The notes under the pieces were generated by a model, which was not told the DNA's origin, did no database searches, and was given only the letters and a program-made list of their open reading frames with translations. From the NCBI RefSeq assembly GCF_963921235.1, contig NC_086109.1:36644001-36708000 (forward strand): a stretch of DNA of 64,000 bases, written 5' to 3'. The translations under genes were made by a program, and so were the position numbers. How positions within the stretch are numbered: position 1 is the first letter of the stretch; the number at the start of each line of letters is the position of its first letter. Below, piece after piece: positions 48,254-59,712 of the stretch. The DNA comes from Mobula hypostoma (taxonomy: Eukaryota).

Positions 48254-50122
48254 GATTTGGAGATTCTCTTCTGGTCAGGATGGCGACAGCGAACGTCAAT
48301 TCCTCCAGCGATATATTCAAGATGTTCAATCATTTCAGCTTTTCTACGTCTCCTACTTATATTAATTTTGGTTTTGAAAGTTTTGGAGCCTGTGATGTAC
48401 AGTCTGTGTTTCGATTGAATGAGCTAGTGCTGTTCTGACCCTGAGAATACTCCAGGAGAGAAGTGCGAGCACAAGCTGCCATGAGGAGAAGCTCATAGAT
48501 GAGACAACTGGCCATGATCGTCTGCATTTCTTAACGATTAAAGTGTCAAGGAAGACAGTAACATTGAGACAAGTGCAGAGAAGAGACCGCTGGTTCGAGT
48601 CATTGCCGTTAGTCAGGCCGCTGGTTTGAATCGCTTCCGTCAGAGGGGCCGCTGATTTGAATTGTTTCTGTCGGTGGTGCCGCTGATTTGAATCGTTTCT
48701 GTCGGTAAGGCTGCTGGTTTGAATCGTTCCTGTCGGTGAGACCATAGGCTTGAATCGTTCCTGTCGGAGAGGCTGCTGGTTTAAATTATTCCTGTCGGTG
48801 AGGCCGCTGGTTTGAATCATTTCTGTCGGCGGAGCCGCTGGTTTGAACCGTTCCTGTCGGTGAGGCTGTTGGCTTGAGTCGTTCCTGTCAGAGGGGCCGC
48901 TAGTTTGAATCGTTTCTGTCGGAGGGCTGTTGGTTTGAATCGTTCCTGTCGGTGAGACTGTTGGCTTGAGTCATTCCTGTCAGAGAGGCCGCTAGTTTGA
49001 ATCGTTCCTGTCAGAGAGGCCGCTAGTTTGAGTCATTCCTGTCAGAGAGGCCGCTAGTTTGAGTCATTCCTGTCGGAGAGGCCACTAGTTTGAACTGTTC
49101 CGGTCAGTGAGGCTGTTGGCTTGAGTCATTCCTGTCAGAGAGGCTGCTAGTTTGAGTCATCCCTGTCAGAGAGGCCGCTAGTTTGAGTCATTCCTGTCGG
49201 AGAGGCCACTAGTTTGAACTGTTCTGGTCAGTGAGGCTGTTGGCTTGCGTCATTCCTGTCAGAGAGGCCGCTGGTTTGAATCATTCCTGTCGGAGAGGCT
49301 GCTAGTTTGAATCGTTCCTGTTGGAGAGGCCGCTGGTTTGAATCGTTCCTGTCGGAGGGGCCGCTGGTTTGAATCGTTCCTGTCGGAGAGGCTGCTAGTT
49401 TGAATCGTTCCTGTCAGAGAGGCCGCTGGTTTGAATCGTTCCTGTCAGAGAGGCCGCTAGTTTGAGTCATTCCTGTCGGAGAGGCCGCTGGTTTGAGTCA
49501 TTCCTGTCGGAGAGGCCGCTAGTTTGAATAGTTCCTGTCGGAGAGGCCGCTAGTTTGAGTCATTCCTGTCAGATGGGACACTAGTTTGAATAGTCCCTGT
49601 CAGATGGGACACTAGTTTGAATAGTCCCTGTCAGATGGGACACTAGTTTGAATAGTCCCTGTCAGATGGGACACTAGTTTGAATAGTCCCTGTCAGATGG
49701 GACGCTGTTTCAGGTTGCTGCTGTCGGATGGCCACTGGTTCAAGAGGCTGCTGGTTTCAGTTGCTGCCCTCGGAGGAGCCACTGCATCCCGATGCTCTCA
49801 GAGATGTTATCAAAATTCTGAGATTTAAGAAGTTCAAATTAACTGTAGTTCATATTGTACACTTTGAGTTTTTTTTCACATTCATGCCCATTCTTTCTTG
49901 TAGCAGATTGGCGTGCTGGGGGTTCAGTTGATCTGTTAGTTTTTTGTGAGGGAGGGGTTGGGAATGTTTCGGGTTTGCGAGATTTTGCTTCATTTTCTTT
50001 TGTGCGGGGAATATCAATGTCTTTCTTTCAACTACTTATATGGTTTTCTGTATTATGTGGCTATCTGGAGAAGACGAATTTGGAATTGTATTCTGCATAC
50101 ATACTGTATTTTGAACCTTTGG
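48254..50122 (+). mobile_element. Unclassified non-coding insert containing a minisatellite
   Basis: It interrupts the SINE with acc at both junctions; the 3' end gtattttgaacctttg resembles a LINE-type tail. Confidence 0.55.
48585..49710. repeat. 31-bp minisatellite, roughly 36 units
   Basis: Unit approximately gaggccgct(g/a)gtttga(a/g)tc(g/a)ttcctgtc(g/a)ga; a 1-nt drift per 30 bases shows a 31-bp period. Confidence 0.95.
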
Positions 50123-51760
50123 ACCAACACAGCCTAAGGACATGTTGGGGCCAGCCTGCAGGTGTTGTCACATATTTCTGTGCCAATATAGTAATTACCA
50201 TAATGCTTGGCATTGTGACAACACAGAACACAACAAAACCAATAAAAGCAAGCAACAAAACAAGAATAACAAAACAACCCCCTTGCCTCTTTCCCACCCA
50301 CCCACACACACGGACAATCTTCTAATCCCAGGACAGGCCACAGTGCCTCCAGGCTCCAAACTCCAGTCTTCCAATTGACCTTCAGGCTGCAATCTTCAGT
50401 ATCAATCCCCAGACTAGACATTGATAGACCCTGAACTCCAGACCTTGTACTTGCTGCTCGCATAGGCACCTGATCCCTTCACCCATCGACTGGGACAAGC
50501 CATAGATGTCCTTCATCACCTGTCCACATCATTGGCTTTTGAATGCAGAGAATGGAGTTCTCTCATTCCAGCCTGAATTCTAACTCCTCTACATCTATAC
50601 CTCTAAATCCTAATCTCACCTCTAACATCTTCATATTCCTGTCCCTAAACCCTCGACCTGACCTCTAACTTCCCTCTCTGCCCCAAAACAATTCCTGAGA
50701 ACTTAAAAATACAACTAAGTCTGAGCCACGATTTTAACAGAGACCACAGCTTGCGCCAGCTTGACTGTGTTAGCTCAGTGCCATGTTAACCAATGTCAGT
50801 TTGAAGGGAAACAGCGAATATCAGTTGCTTATGCCTTTATGTGTAGGTGTGCAGTGAAAGTCAGAAGACCAAGACAAGCTAGAGGTAGAATGCCATCTCT
50901 GTGCATGGATTCATCACTTAAGCCAAAATTGGAACAAGGACACACTCACAAGGTGCATCACTCACCACACCATCCACCACATTGAGCACCATAATTATAA
51001 TGTACCTGCAGTGTGTACCATCTTTAAAATGCAATGCAGTTACTCATGCAAGGTAATGCAATAAGACCTCTGAAGCCCAAAACTTCTATCTCAAAGAAGG
51101 ATGAGGGCAGTATATACTTGGAAACATCAAGTATCAATTCCACTCCAAGGCGCACACCATACTGTCGTAAGAAAAGGATCACTATTCCAACATCATCATG
51201 ACTCAGTCTAAATTCTGGAACTTCTCTAACAGCATTGTAGAACAAAACCTTCATCAGAAGGACTGCAATGACTGAAGGAGCCCATGCAACTCAATATTAA
51301 TTGGCAATGGGTAGTCACTCTTTGCCAGGAAGTTATTGAGAAACTTACGCTCTTAAGGGTTAGAAACAAGAAATAGATAACAGTCATTCAGCCTTCTCAT
51401 GTATTCCATTCCATAAGATTACAAGTCATCTTTTACTTTAGTGTTTTTTTGTTGTACCAAATCTATATTCTTTGATTTATATCATAGCAATAATAGGAAG
51501 GAGTTCTCTGCTTCAATTGATGCATTCAATTTTAAAATGTTGAATCATTTCAAGACCTTGAAATATGTCCAATATTAAGAATTTTATGCTCACGTGTATA
51601 AATAAGCAATTGATTCTTTGAGAGGTTCATCTAAAGAAAACAGAATCAGGGCAATATATTTTAAAATTATTTTATACTATAATATACACACAGATTTAAA
51701 CATCTTTTCCAATAAGTTTATTGGAATACATAAATCTAATTTTAAGGACAATAAAAAATA

Positions 51761-52148
51761 GAAACGTATAAAATCCTAAAGGGATTGGACAGGCTAGATG
51801 CAGGAAGATTGTTCCTGATGTTGGGGAAGTCCAAAACGAGGGGTCATAGTTTGAGGATAAAGGGGAAGCCTTTTAGGACTGAGATTAGGAAAAACTTCTT
51901 CACACAGAGAGTGGTGAATCTGTGGAATTCTCTGCCACAGGAAACAGTTGAGGCCGGTTCATTGGCTATATTTAAGAGGGAGTTAGATATGGCCCTTGTG
52001 GCTACGGGGATCAGGGGGTATGGAGGGAGGGCTGGTGCAGGGTTCTGAGTTGGATGATCAGCCATGATCATAATAAATGGCGGTGCAGGCTCGAAGGGCC
52101 GAATGACCTACTCCTGCACCTATTTGCTATGTTTCTATGTTTCTATGT
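51761..52148 (+). mobile_element. 5'-truncated CR1 3' end
   Basis: ORF 51785-52048 is nearly identical to ORF 4914-5177; tail ctatgtttctatgtttctatgt. Confidence 0.92.
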
Positions 52149-52954
52149 AAGAACAAGCCCTTAGTGCCTACGTTGACATTTAATGAGGTTATTGCTGATC
52201 TTTTGTCTTAAGTGTCATTTTCCTACACTGAGACAATATCCCTCTGTTGTATCAAAATGCCTTGTCTCTGATTTGAATACATTCTATATCCAAAAGTATT
52301 CTGTCCTTTTGGATATAGAATAATGAAGGTTCCACAGTTTGTGGCTGAAGTAATTTCATCTCCAGTCAATCATGAATTCCAGCTCCTTACTTTAAGACTA
52401 TGACCCCTAGTTCTGGACATCCTGGTCATGGATGTCACCCTTCAATTCCTGTAAAAATGGTATATATTTTAATAAAGTCTTCGCAAGGAACTTTGGCGTT
52501 CTCTGGATATTCTCTCCTGATGGTGTAAATATCCCAATTTCAGAATCAACTGGGTAAATATTAGTTGAACTCCTTCCATTATCAATATATTCTTTCTTAC
52601 GTAAGAAGACTAGATCAAAATGTTGAATTTCATGTTTCTTTTGTTAAATGTCACATTTTGTCAAATTTTGACTGAATATCGAGTCTATTCATTTCCACCT
52701 AACATCTTAGATTGGTCTTTTTTTTCTAACCAAGAGGCCTGCAATAGAATATTTCATGGAAATCAGGCTTGAGGGTTGCTATCCATTGCTGCCTCCCTTA
52801 CTTTATGGATAATTGAGTAACCTCCTCGGACAATTCAGTGACCTTTTGGATTATGCTATGTACTTTAGGCAGGCAGAATATAATTTGGCAATTTCTCCAC
52901 CTTTTCCAAGTGAATGCCCCACTGTAGATATATAGAAACAACATCATTAGAGAC

Positions 52955-53090
52955 GCAAACAACAGGAATTCTGCAGATGCTGGAAATTCAAGCGACATAC
53001 ATAAAAGTTGCTGGTGAACGCAGCAGGCCAGGCAGCAGCTCTAGGAAGAGGTGCAGTCAATGTTTCAGGCCGAGACCCTTCATCAGGATT
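52955..53090 (-). mobile_element. Penelope pseudo-LTR mini-insert with hammerhead motif
   Basis: TSD attagagac (52946-52954 / 53091-53099); homologous to 28467-28565. Confidence 0.85.
53055..53090 (-). ncRNA. Minimal hammerhead ribozyme motif
   Basis: Minus strand aatc CTGATGA a ggg tctcgg cct GAAA catt gact. Confidence 0.65.
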
Positions 53091-54174
53091 ATTAGAGACA
53101 CAGCTGGTTCTGGAGCACAAGCCTTCGGCAAAAAACAAGACTGTTGTCAGGGATCGTAACCATTGATTTATCCAGGATACTCAGCTGTTCCTTTAACCCC
53201 TTTGGAGTGAATTGTATTGGGTGAAGACTAACTTATTGCTGTGGCAAATTCAGGTGGAAGCTGAAATGGGCCATTATCTTCAGACTTCTGGCTGAAGATT
53301 ATAAATATTTCAGGTTAGTCTTCTGCCCCAAAGCCCTGGACTCTGCTGGCAGCTAGGATATAGATGGTCCTGGAGCCACATTTCTGCTGTGTTGTTTAAT
53401 GGTTTACATGTATTCTTAGACCATATGTCAGAGGAGCAGAATTAGGCCAATTCAGCCCATCGAGTCTGCTCCACCATTGCATCATGGCTGATCCCGGATC
53501 CCACTCAACCCCATACATTTGCCTTCTTCGCTGGTTGTGTAAGAATTATAGGGCTTTCAGCTGAATCCATGTGATATGAAATCACCCAGTTCCCAGCGTA
53601 TAGAAATCCTTTGTTGTAGCTTCACCAGATTGCTAACCTAAATTTTAGGCATGGCCAGTGCTTCACCCTGGCAGTGAGTTTGATAATTCTCCTTAAATAG
53701 GTTTCATCTAATTAAAAGTAAAAGTAGAGTGAGGAATATGCTGGGTCATGTGGTTATAGGAGGCACTGGAACAATTCTTTCCTACTGATGCATCATAGCA
53801 CTTCACCTATGGTTAGTTTGTGGCTGATTGATCGAATCCAGAGCTATCCCATTCAGTATGATTAACGGTAACTTCACAGAAAAGACAGGAATTTGTGTCC
53901 TCAAAGATTTTGTTGTAGGCACTTCAAATATCATTGAAATGGATAAATAATTCTGAAGACAGATTGAACTGAACAGTGTTCAAATGGACTTGGTTATCTC
54001 CCAGCTCAAGCAGGCCCAGTTGTTGAGTGATTGACCTGGCCATCTCTGGCAATGGTGGTTCTGCCAATGCAGTCTGGCTAAAGAACAATAAGCATTTGAA
54101 CCTCTCCCTTGTATTGTTCAATATTTCTTCCAGAAGATGTTGAACATGGAAGAGGAACAAGCAGCTAAACAAGG

Positions 54175-54333
54175 GGCTCTTTTATTGTTGTGTTTGGTCC
54201 AAGTCTTGACAAATAGTGTGACAAAATGAATGGAGTTAAATACTATCACAATGAAATAATAATTAGCTGACACGTGCATATTCACAAGCACAATTGCCAC
54301 ATCTGATGTGCTGCCGAATCCGTGGTTGTGACA
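54175..54333 (-). mobile_element. LTR fragment of the same chromovirus family as 22871-27559
   Basis: ggagttaaatactatcacaat..aattagctgacac..ccgtggttgtgaca matches 27458-27559. Confidence 0.85.
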
Positions 54334-56452
54334 TAAATACACCCAATGACTTGGCCTCCAAGGCTGCTCGTGGTAGAAAGTTCCACAGATTTACCACCCT
54401 CTGACTAAAGTAATTTCTCCGCATCTCTGTTTTAAATGGATGTCCTTCAGTCCTGAAGTCATGTTCTCTTATCCTAGACTCCCCTTCCATGGGAAATAAC
54501 TTTGCCATATCTAATCTGTTCAGGCCTTTTAACATTTGGAATGTTTCAATGAGATCCCCCCTCATTCTCCTGAACTCCAGGAAGTTCAGCTGAAGAGCTG
54601 CCAGATAGCTCCTCATACAGTAAACCCTTCATTCCTGGAATCATTCTCGTGAATCTTCACTGAACCCTCTCCAATGTTAGTATATCCTTTCTAAAATAAG
54701 GAGCCCAAATCTGCACAGAGTTCTCCAAGTATGGTCTCATGAATGCCTTATAGAGCTTTAACCTCACATCCCTGTTGTTATATTCTAAACCTCTAGAAAC
54801 GAATGCCAACATTGCATTCGCCTTCTTCATCACCGACTCAACCTGGAGGTTAACCTTTTGGGTATCGTGCACAAGGACTCCCAAGTCCCTTTGCATCTCT
54901 GCATTTTGAATTCTGTCCCCATCTAAATAATAGTCTGCCCATTTATTTCTTCCACCAAAGTGCATGACTATACACTTTCCAACATTGTATTTTATTTGCC
55001 ACTTCTTTGCCCATTCCCCTAAACTATCCAAGTCTCTCTGCAGGCTCTGTTTCCTCAACACTACCTGTTCCTCCACCTATCTTTGTATCATTGGAAAATT
55101 TAACCACAAATCCATTGATCCCAGAGTCCAAATCACTGACGTACATCGTAAAAAGCAGCTGTCCCAACGCCAGCCCCTGTGGAACTCCAGTGGTAACTGG
55201 CAGCCAGCCAGAAAAGGATCCTTTTATTCCCACTATCTGTTTTCTTCCTATCAGCCAATGCTCCACCCATGGTAGTAATTTGCCTGTAATTCCATGGGCT
55301 CTTATCTTGCTAAGCAGCCTCACGTGTGGCACATTGCCAAAGGCCTTCTGAAAATCCAAATACATCACATCCATTGCATCTCCTTTGATACCCTGCTTGT
55401 AATTTCCTCAAAAAAATTGTAGTGGGCTGGTCAGGCAGGATTTTCTTTTCAGGAAACCATGCTGGCTTTGGCAACTAATGTCAGGCTAACAGGTCTATAG
55501 TTTCCTTTCTGCTGCCTCCCACCCTTCTCACATAGCAGAGTAACATTTCCAATTTTCTAGTCATCGGTACAATGCCAGAATCTATCGATTCTTGAAAGAT
55601 CATTGTTAATGCCCTGCAACTTCTCCAGCTACTTTCTTCCAAACCCAAGGGTGCATTCCATCAGGTCCTGAAGATTTATCGACCCTCAGACTATTAAACT
55701 TCCTGAATACCTTCTCAGTCGTAATTTTTGCTGCACTTTCTTCACTTCCCTGACACTCTTGAATGTCCAGTATATTGCCAATGTCTTACACTGTGAAGAC
55801 TGGTGCAAAATATGCATTCAGTTCCTCTGCCATCTCTGTGACTCTCATTACAATATCTCCAGCATCATTTTCTATTGGTCCTCAACTCTCTTTTATCCTT
55901 TATATACTTTAAAAAAGCTTTTAATATCTTCTTTGTTATTAGTTGCCAGCTTCATTTCATAATTCATCTTTTCCTTCTTAATGACCTTCTTAGCTTCCTT
56001 CTGCAAGTTTTTAAATGCTTCCCAATCCTCTATCTTCCTACTGGCTTTGGCTTCCTTGTATGCCCTCTTTTTTGCTTTTACTTTGGCTCTGACTTCACTT
56101 GTCAGCCACAGTCGTGTCCTTCTTCCATTCAAAAAGTTCTTCTTATTTGGAATATAGCTCTTTTGCACTCCCCTCATTTTTTGCAGAAACTCCAGCTATT
56201 GCTGCTCTGCTGTCCTTCCTGCTAGTGTCCCTTTCCAGTCAACTTTGGCCAGTTCTCCCTTAATGCCATTGTAATTTTCTTTATCCCATTGAAATAGCGA
56301 CACACTGGAATTTAGCTTTTCCTTCTCAAATTTCAAAGTGAACTCGACCATGTTGTGATCACTGCCTAAGGGTTCCCTAAACTTAAGCTCTTTTAGCACC
56401 TCCGGCTCATTGCACAACACCCCAGCCAGCACAGCTAATCTCCTAGTCAATT
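54334..56452 (-). mobile_element. CR1 ORF2 fragment; its 3' end probably lies at 53413-53530
   Basis: ORFs SDHNMVEF, YLDFQKAF, GVPQGLALG, KWQIKYNVGKC, RGDLIETF. Confidence 0.92.
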
Positions 56453-56455
56453 TAT

Positions 56456-56741
56456 TGAGATACAGTACAAAACAGGTCCTTCCGGCCCTTTGAGTCGTGC
56501 CATCCAGCAACCCACAGATTTAACCCTAGCCTAATCACAGGACAACTTACAGTGACCAATTAACCTACTAACCAGTACATCTTTGGACTGTGGGAGGAAA
56601 TCAAAGCACCCTGAGGAAACCTTTGTACATACAGGAAGGAACATATAAACTTGCTTAAAGAGGATTCCAGCACTGTACTTCAAACTCCAATGCCCCAACC
56701 GATAATAGCACCACACTAACCACTACGCTACTGTGGCACCT
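56456..56741 (-). mobile_element. V-domain SINE (HE1-like)
   Basis: Minus strand ggtgccacagtagcgtagtggttag head and ggtttcctcagggtgc..ttcctcccacagtccaaagatgt core. Confidence 0.8.
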
Positions 56742-57544
56742 CATTATGGCAGTAGCAAGTTTCCTATCCCCTTACTGGGAGGATAACATTCCTCTGGGTT
56801 CTTAACTCACAGGATTACTTCAAGGATATCATTGAATCAACATGTAGTCAGATATTGTCAAGTCATTGCCATACCTTTGTTTCTTTTTCCTTCTAACTCC
56901 TAATTCATCAAGTCTCCTATATGTTTTGATACTTTAAGTAAAACATTTGATGTTGATACCATCAGTGGAGTTGAGGACAAATTCAAAAATAACATCTGTA
57001 CCTGTCTTCAATAAATAGTTTATGCTAATTTATGTATATCCCTTATGTTAACAGACTCCTTCTATTCCCAATGCAACTAAGGTTTTAAAAAAGTTGCAAA
57101 AAAGTAACATCTTCAAACATTGCACTAATTAGTGTTAATGTAGGTAGATTAATCATTACCAAATATTCCTGGAAATTTCTACTTCAAGTTAGTTGGATTT
57201 GATTCTATGATTGAACTTGGCAGATACATTGTTCTAATATTTAAATACATCATACTTAGAGTGTTGATTGAATTGTTTAATTGTATTTAATATACCTGAA
57301 TCATTGATTTAAGGTAAATTTCTTAATCTTTCTCAACGAAAAACAAAACTCTTGTTTTAGCAAGGAATCTGGCTGAATTTCATTTATTTTATAATGCATA
57401 CAAGTAGTTCAATAAGTAATTTATAAGATGACAGAGTTTAAAATAGAGCAGAACAATTGCATTAGAAAATACAACTTTTAACAAACAATGCTGGATTGAT
57501 TTCTTCAAAATGTTATAGATTAAAGCAATGTTATGCTGTACACG

Positions 57545-58325
57545 TTACTCAACCTCGCACTTAACATCAGTAAGACGAAGGAGCTGATTGAGGACTTCAG
57601 GAAGAATAAGATGAAGGAACACATACCAGTCCTCATAGAGGGATCAGGAGTGGAGAGAGTGAGAAGTTTCTGGTGTCAAGATCTCTGAGGATCTAACCTG
57701 ATCCCAACATATCGATGTAGTCATAAAGAAGGCAAGACAGTGGCTATACTTCATTAGCAGTTTGAAGAGATTTGGCATGTCAACAAATACACTCAAAAAT
57801 TTCTATATTTGTACTGTGGAGAGCATTCTGACAAGCTGCATCACTGTCTGGTATGGAGGGGCTACTGCACAGGACCGAAAGAAGCTGCAGAAGGTTGTAA
57901 ATCTGGTCAGCTCCATCTTGGGTACTAGCCTACAAAATTCCCCGGACATCTTCAAGGAGCGGTGTGTCAGAAAGGCAGTATCCATTATTAAGGACCCCCA
58001 GCACCCAGGGCATGCCCTTTTCTCACTGTTTCCATCAGATAGGAGGTACTGAAGCCTGACGGCACACACTCAGCGATACAGGAACAGATCTTCCCCTCTG
58101 CCATCCAATTTCTAATTGGACGTTGAACCCTTGGACACTACCTCACTTTTTTAATATACAGTGTTTCTGTTTTTTGCACTTTTTTAAATCTATTCAATAT
58201 ATGTGGACTGTAATTAATTAATTAATTTATTATTATTATTTTCTCTTTTCTATATTATGTATTCCATTGAACTGCTGCTGCTAAGTTAACAAATTTCATG
58301 TCACATGTGATAATAAATCTGATTC
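57545..58325 (+). mobile_element. Rex1/Babar LINE 3' fragment
   Basis: NLALNISKTKELIEDFRK; TLKNFYICTVESILTSCITVWYG..HPGHALFSLFPS; tail aataaatctgattctg. Confidence 0.88.
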
Positions 58326-58554
58326 TGGTGGGCAGAGAACAAATATTTCCATTTCCACCTCTTTTATAGAGTCACAGAGTTGTAGAGCATGGGGAAAAGC
58401 CCTTTGTTCTAGTGGTCCATGCTAACCTAGATGTCCACGCGAGCTAGTTCCATTTGCCCCATCTTCCTTTGAAATTTCCGAACCATGTAGCTGTCCAACT
58501 GTCTTAATAGGATGGCTGAACAATTGAAATCTAGCGAATGCTAAATGCTGAATA

Positions 58555-59712
58555 ACGAAATGGATGGCCTTGTAGCCAAATGTGTGGATGATACAAAGAT
58601 AAATGGAGGGTTAGGTACTATTAAGCAAGCAGAATCTGGAGAAGGACTTGAAAAGATTGAGAATGGTCAAAGAAATAATGGATGGAATTGTATGGCCGTG
58701 CACTTTGGTAGAAGGTTTAAAGGTGTATATTATTTTCTAAACAGGGAACTAATCCAGAAGTCAAAGTTGCAAAGGAATCGGGACTCCGAGTGCAGGATTC
58801 CTAAAGGTTAACTTGTAGTTTGAATCAGTAGTAGGGAAGGCAAATGCAATGTTCGCATTTACTAGGATGTGACGCTAAGCCTTTATAGGGCATTGGCCAG
58901 ACCACATTTAAAGTATGGAGAGTACATTTGAGCACTGTATCAAAGAAGGGATCTTCTGGCATTGCAGAGAGTCCAGAGGAGATTTACGAGAAAGATCCTG
59001 GGAATGAAAGTGTTAACACATGAGAAGCATTTGATGGCTCTGGGATTGTACTCACTGGAGTTTAGAAGAATGGGAGGGAGATATCATTGAAATCTATAGA
59101 ATCTTGAAAGGCCATGGACATATTAAAAAGATAGATTGGGTATAGAGATGATATTTCCTATAATGGATATGACTACGAGGACATCCCTTCAGAACAGAGA
59201 GTGGTGAATTTCTGGAATTCATTGCCACAGATGGCTGTGGAAACATAGAAACATAGAAAACCTGTAGCACAATACAGGCTCTTTGACCCACAAAGCTGTG
59301 CCGAACATGTCTTTACCTTAGAAATTACCTAGGCTTACCCATAGCCCTCTATGTTTCTAAGCTCCATGTACCCAACCAGGAGTCTCTTAAAAGACCCTAT
59401 CATTTCTGCCTTCACCACTGCCATTTCAGCCCTGGGAAAAAGCCTCTGACTATCCACACGATCAATGTAGCTCATTATCTTGTACACCTCTATCAGGTCA
59501 CCTCTCATCCACCGTCACTCCAAGGAGAAAGGGCTGACTTCATCCAAGTCTTTGGGTGGGCTAATAGGTTCTTAATCAGTAAGGGTCTCCAAGATTACAG
59601 AGAGAAGGCAGGAGAATGGAATTAAGAGAGATATTAAATGTGCCATGTTGAAATAGTGTTGGAGATTCAATGGGCTGAATGGCCTAATTCTGCTCCTGTC
59701 TTATGGTCTTAT
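58555..59712 (+). mobile_element. Decayed CR1 3' part with an opposite-strand CR1 tail fragment nested at about 59240-59545
   Basis: AKCVDDTKI motif; tail tcttatggtcttatgg; nested aaacatagaaacatagaaa. Confidence 0.8.

Larger units (their letters stand above)
48187..50460 (-). mobile_element. SINE-like element (48187-48253 and 50123-50460) split by a 1.9-kb insert
   Basis: The two halves join to match the reverse complement of 21130-21425. Confidence 0.65.

Noticed and set aside
48362..48820. 152-aa repetitive ORF as a protein-coding gene
   Set aside because: It arises from a 31-bp repeat whose period is not a multiple of 3; no recognisable domain.
48585..49710. CRISPR-like array
   Set aside because: Units are contiguous 31-bp tandem copies with no unique spacers, no cas genes are present, and the context is eukaryotic.
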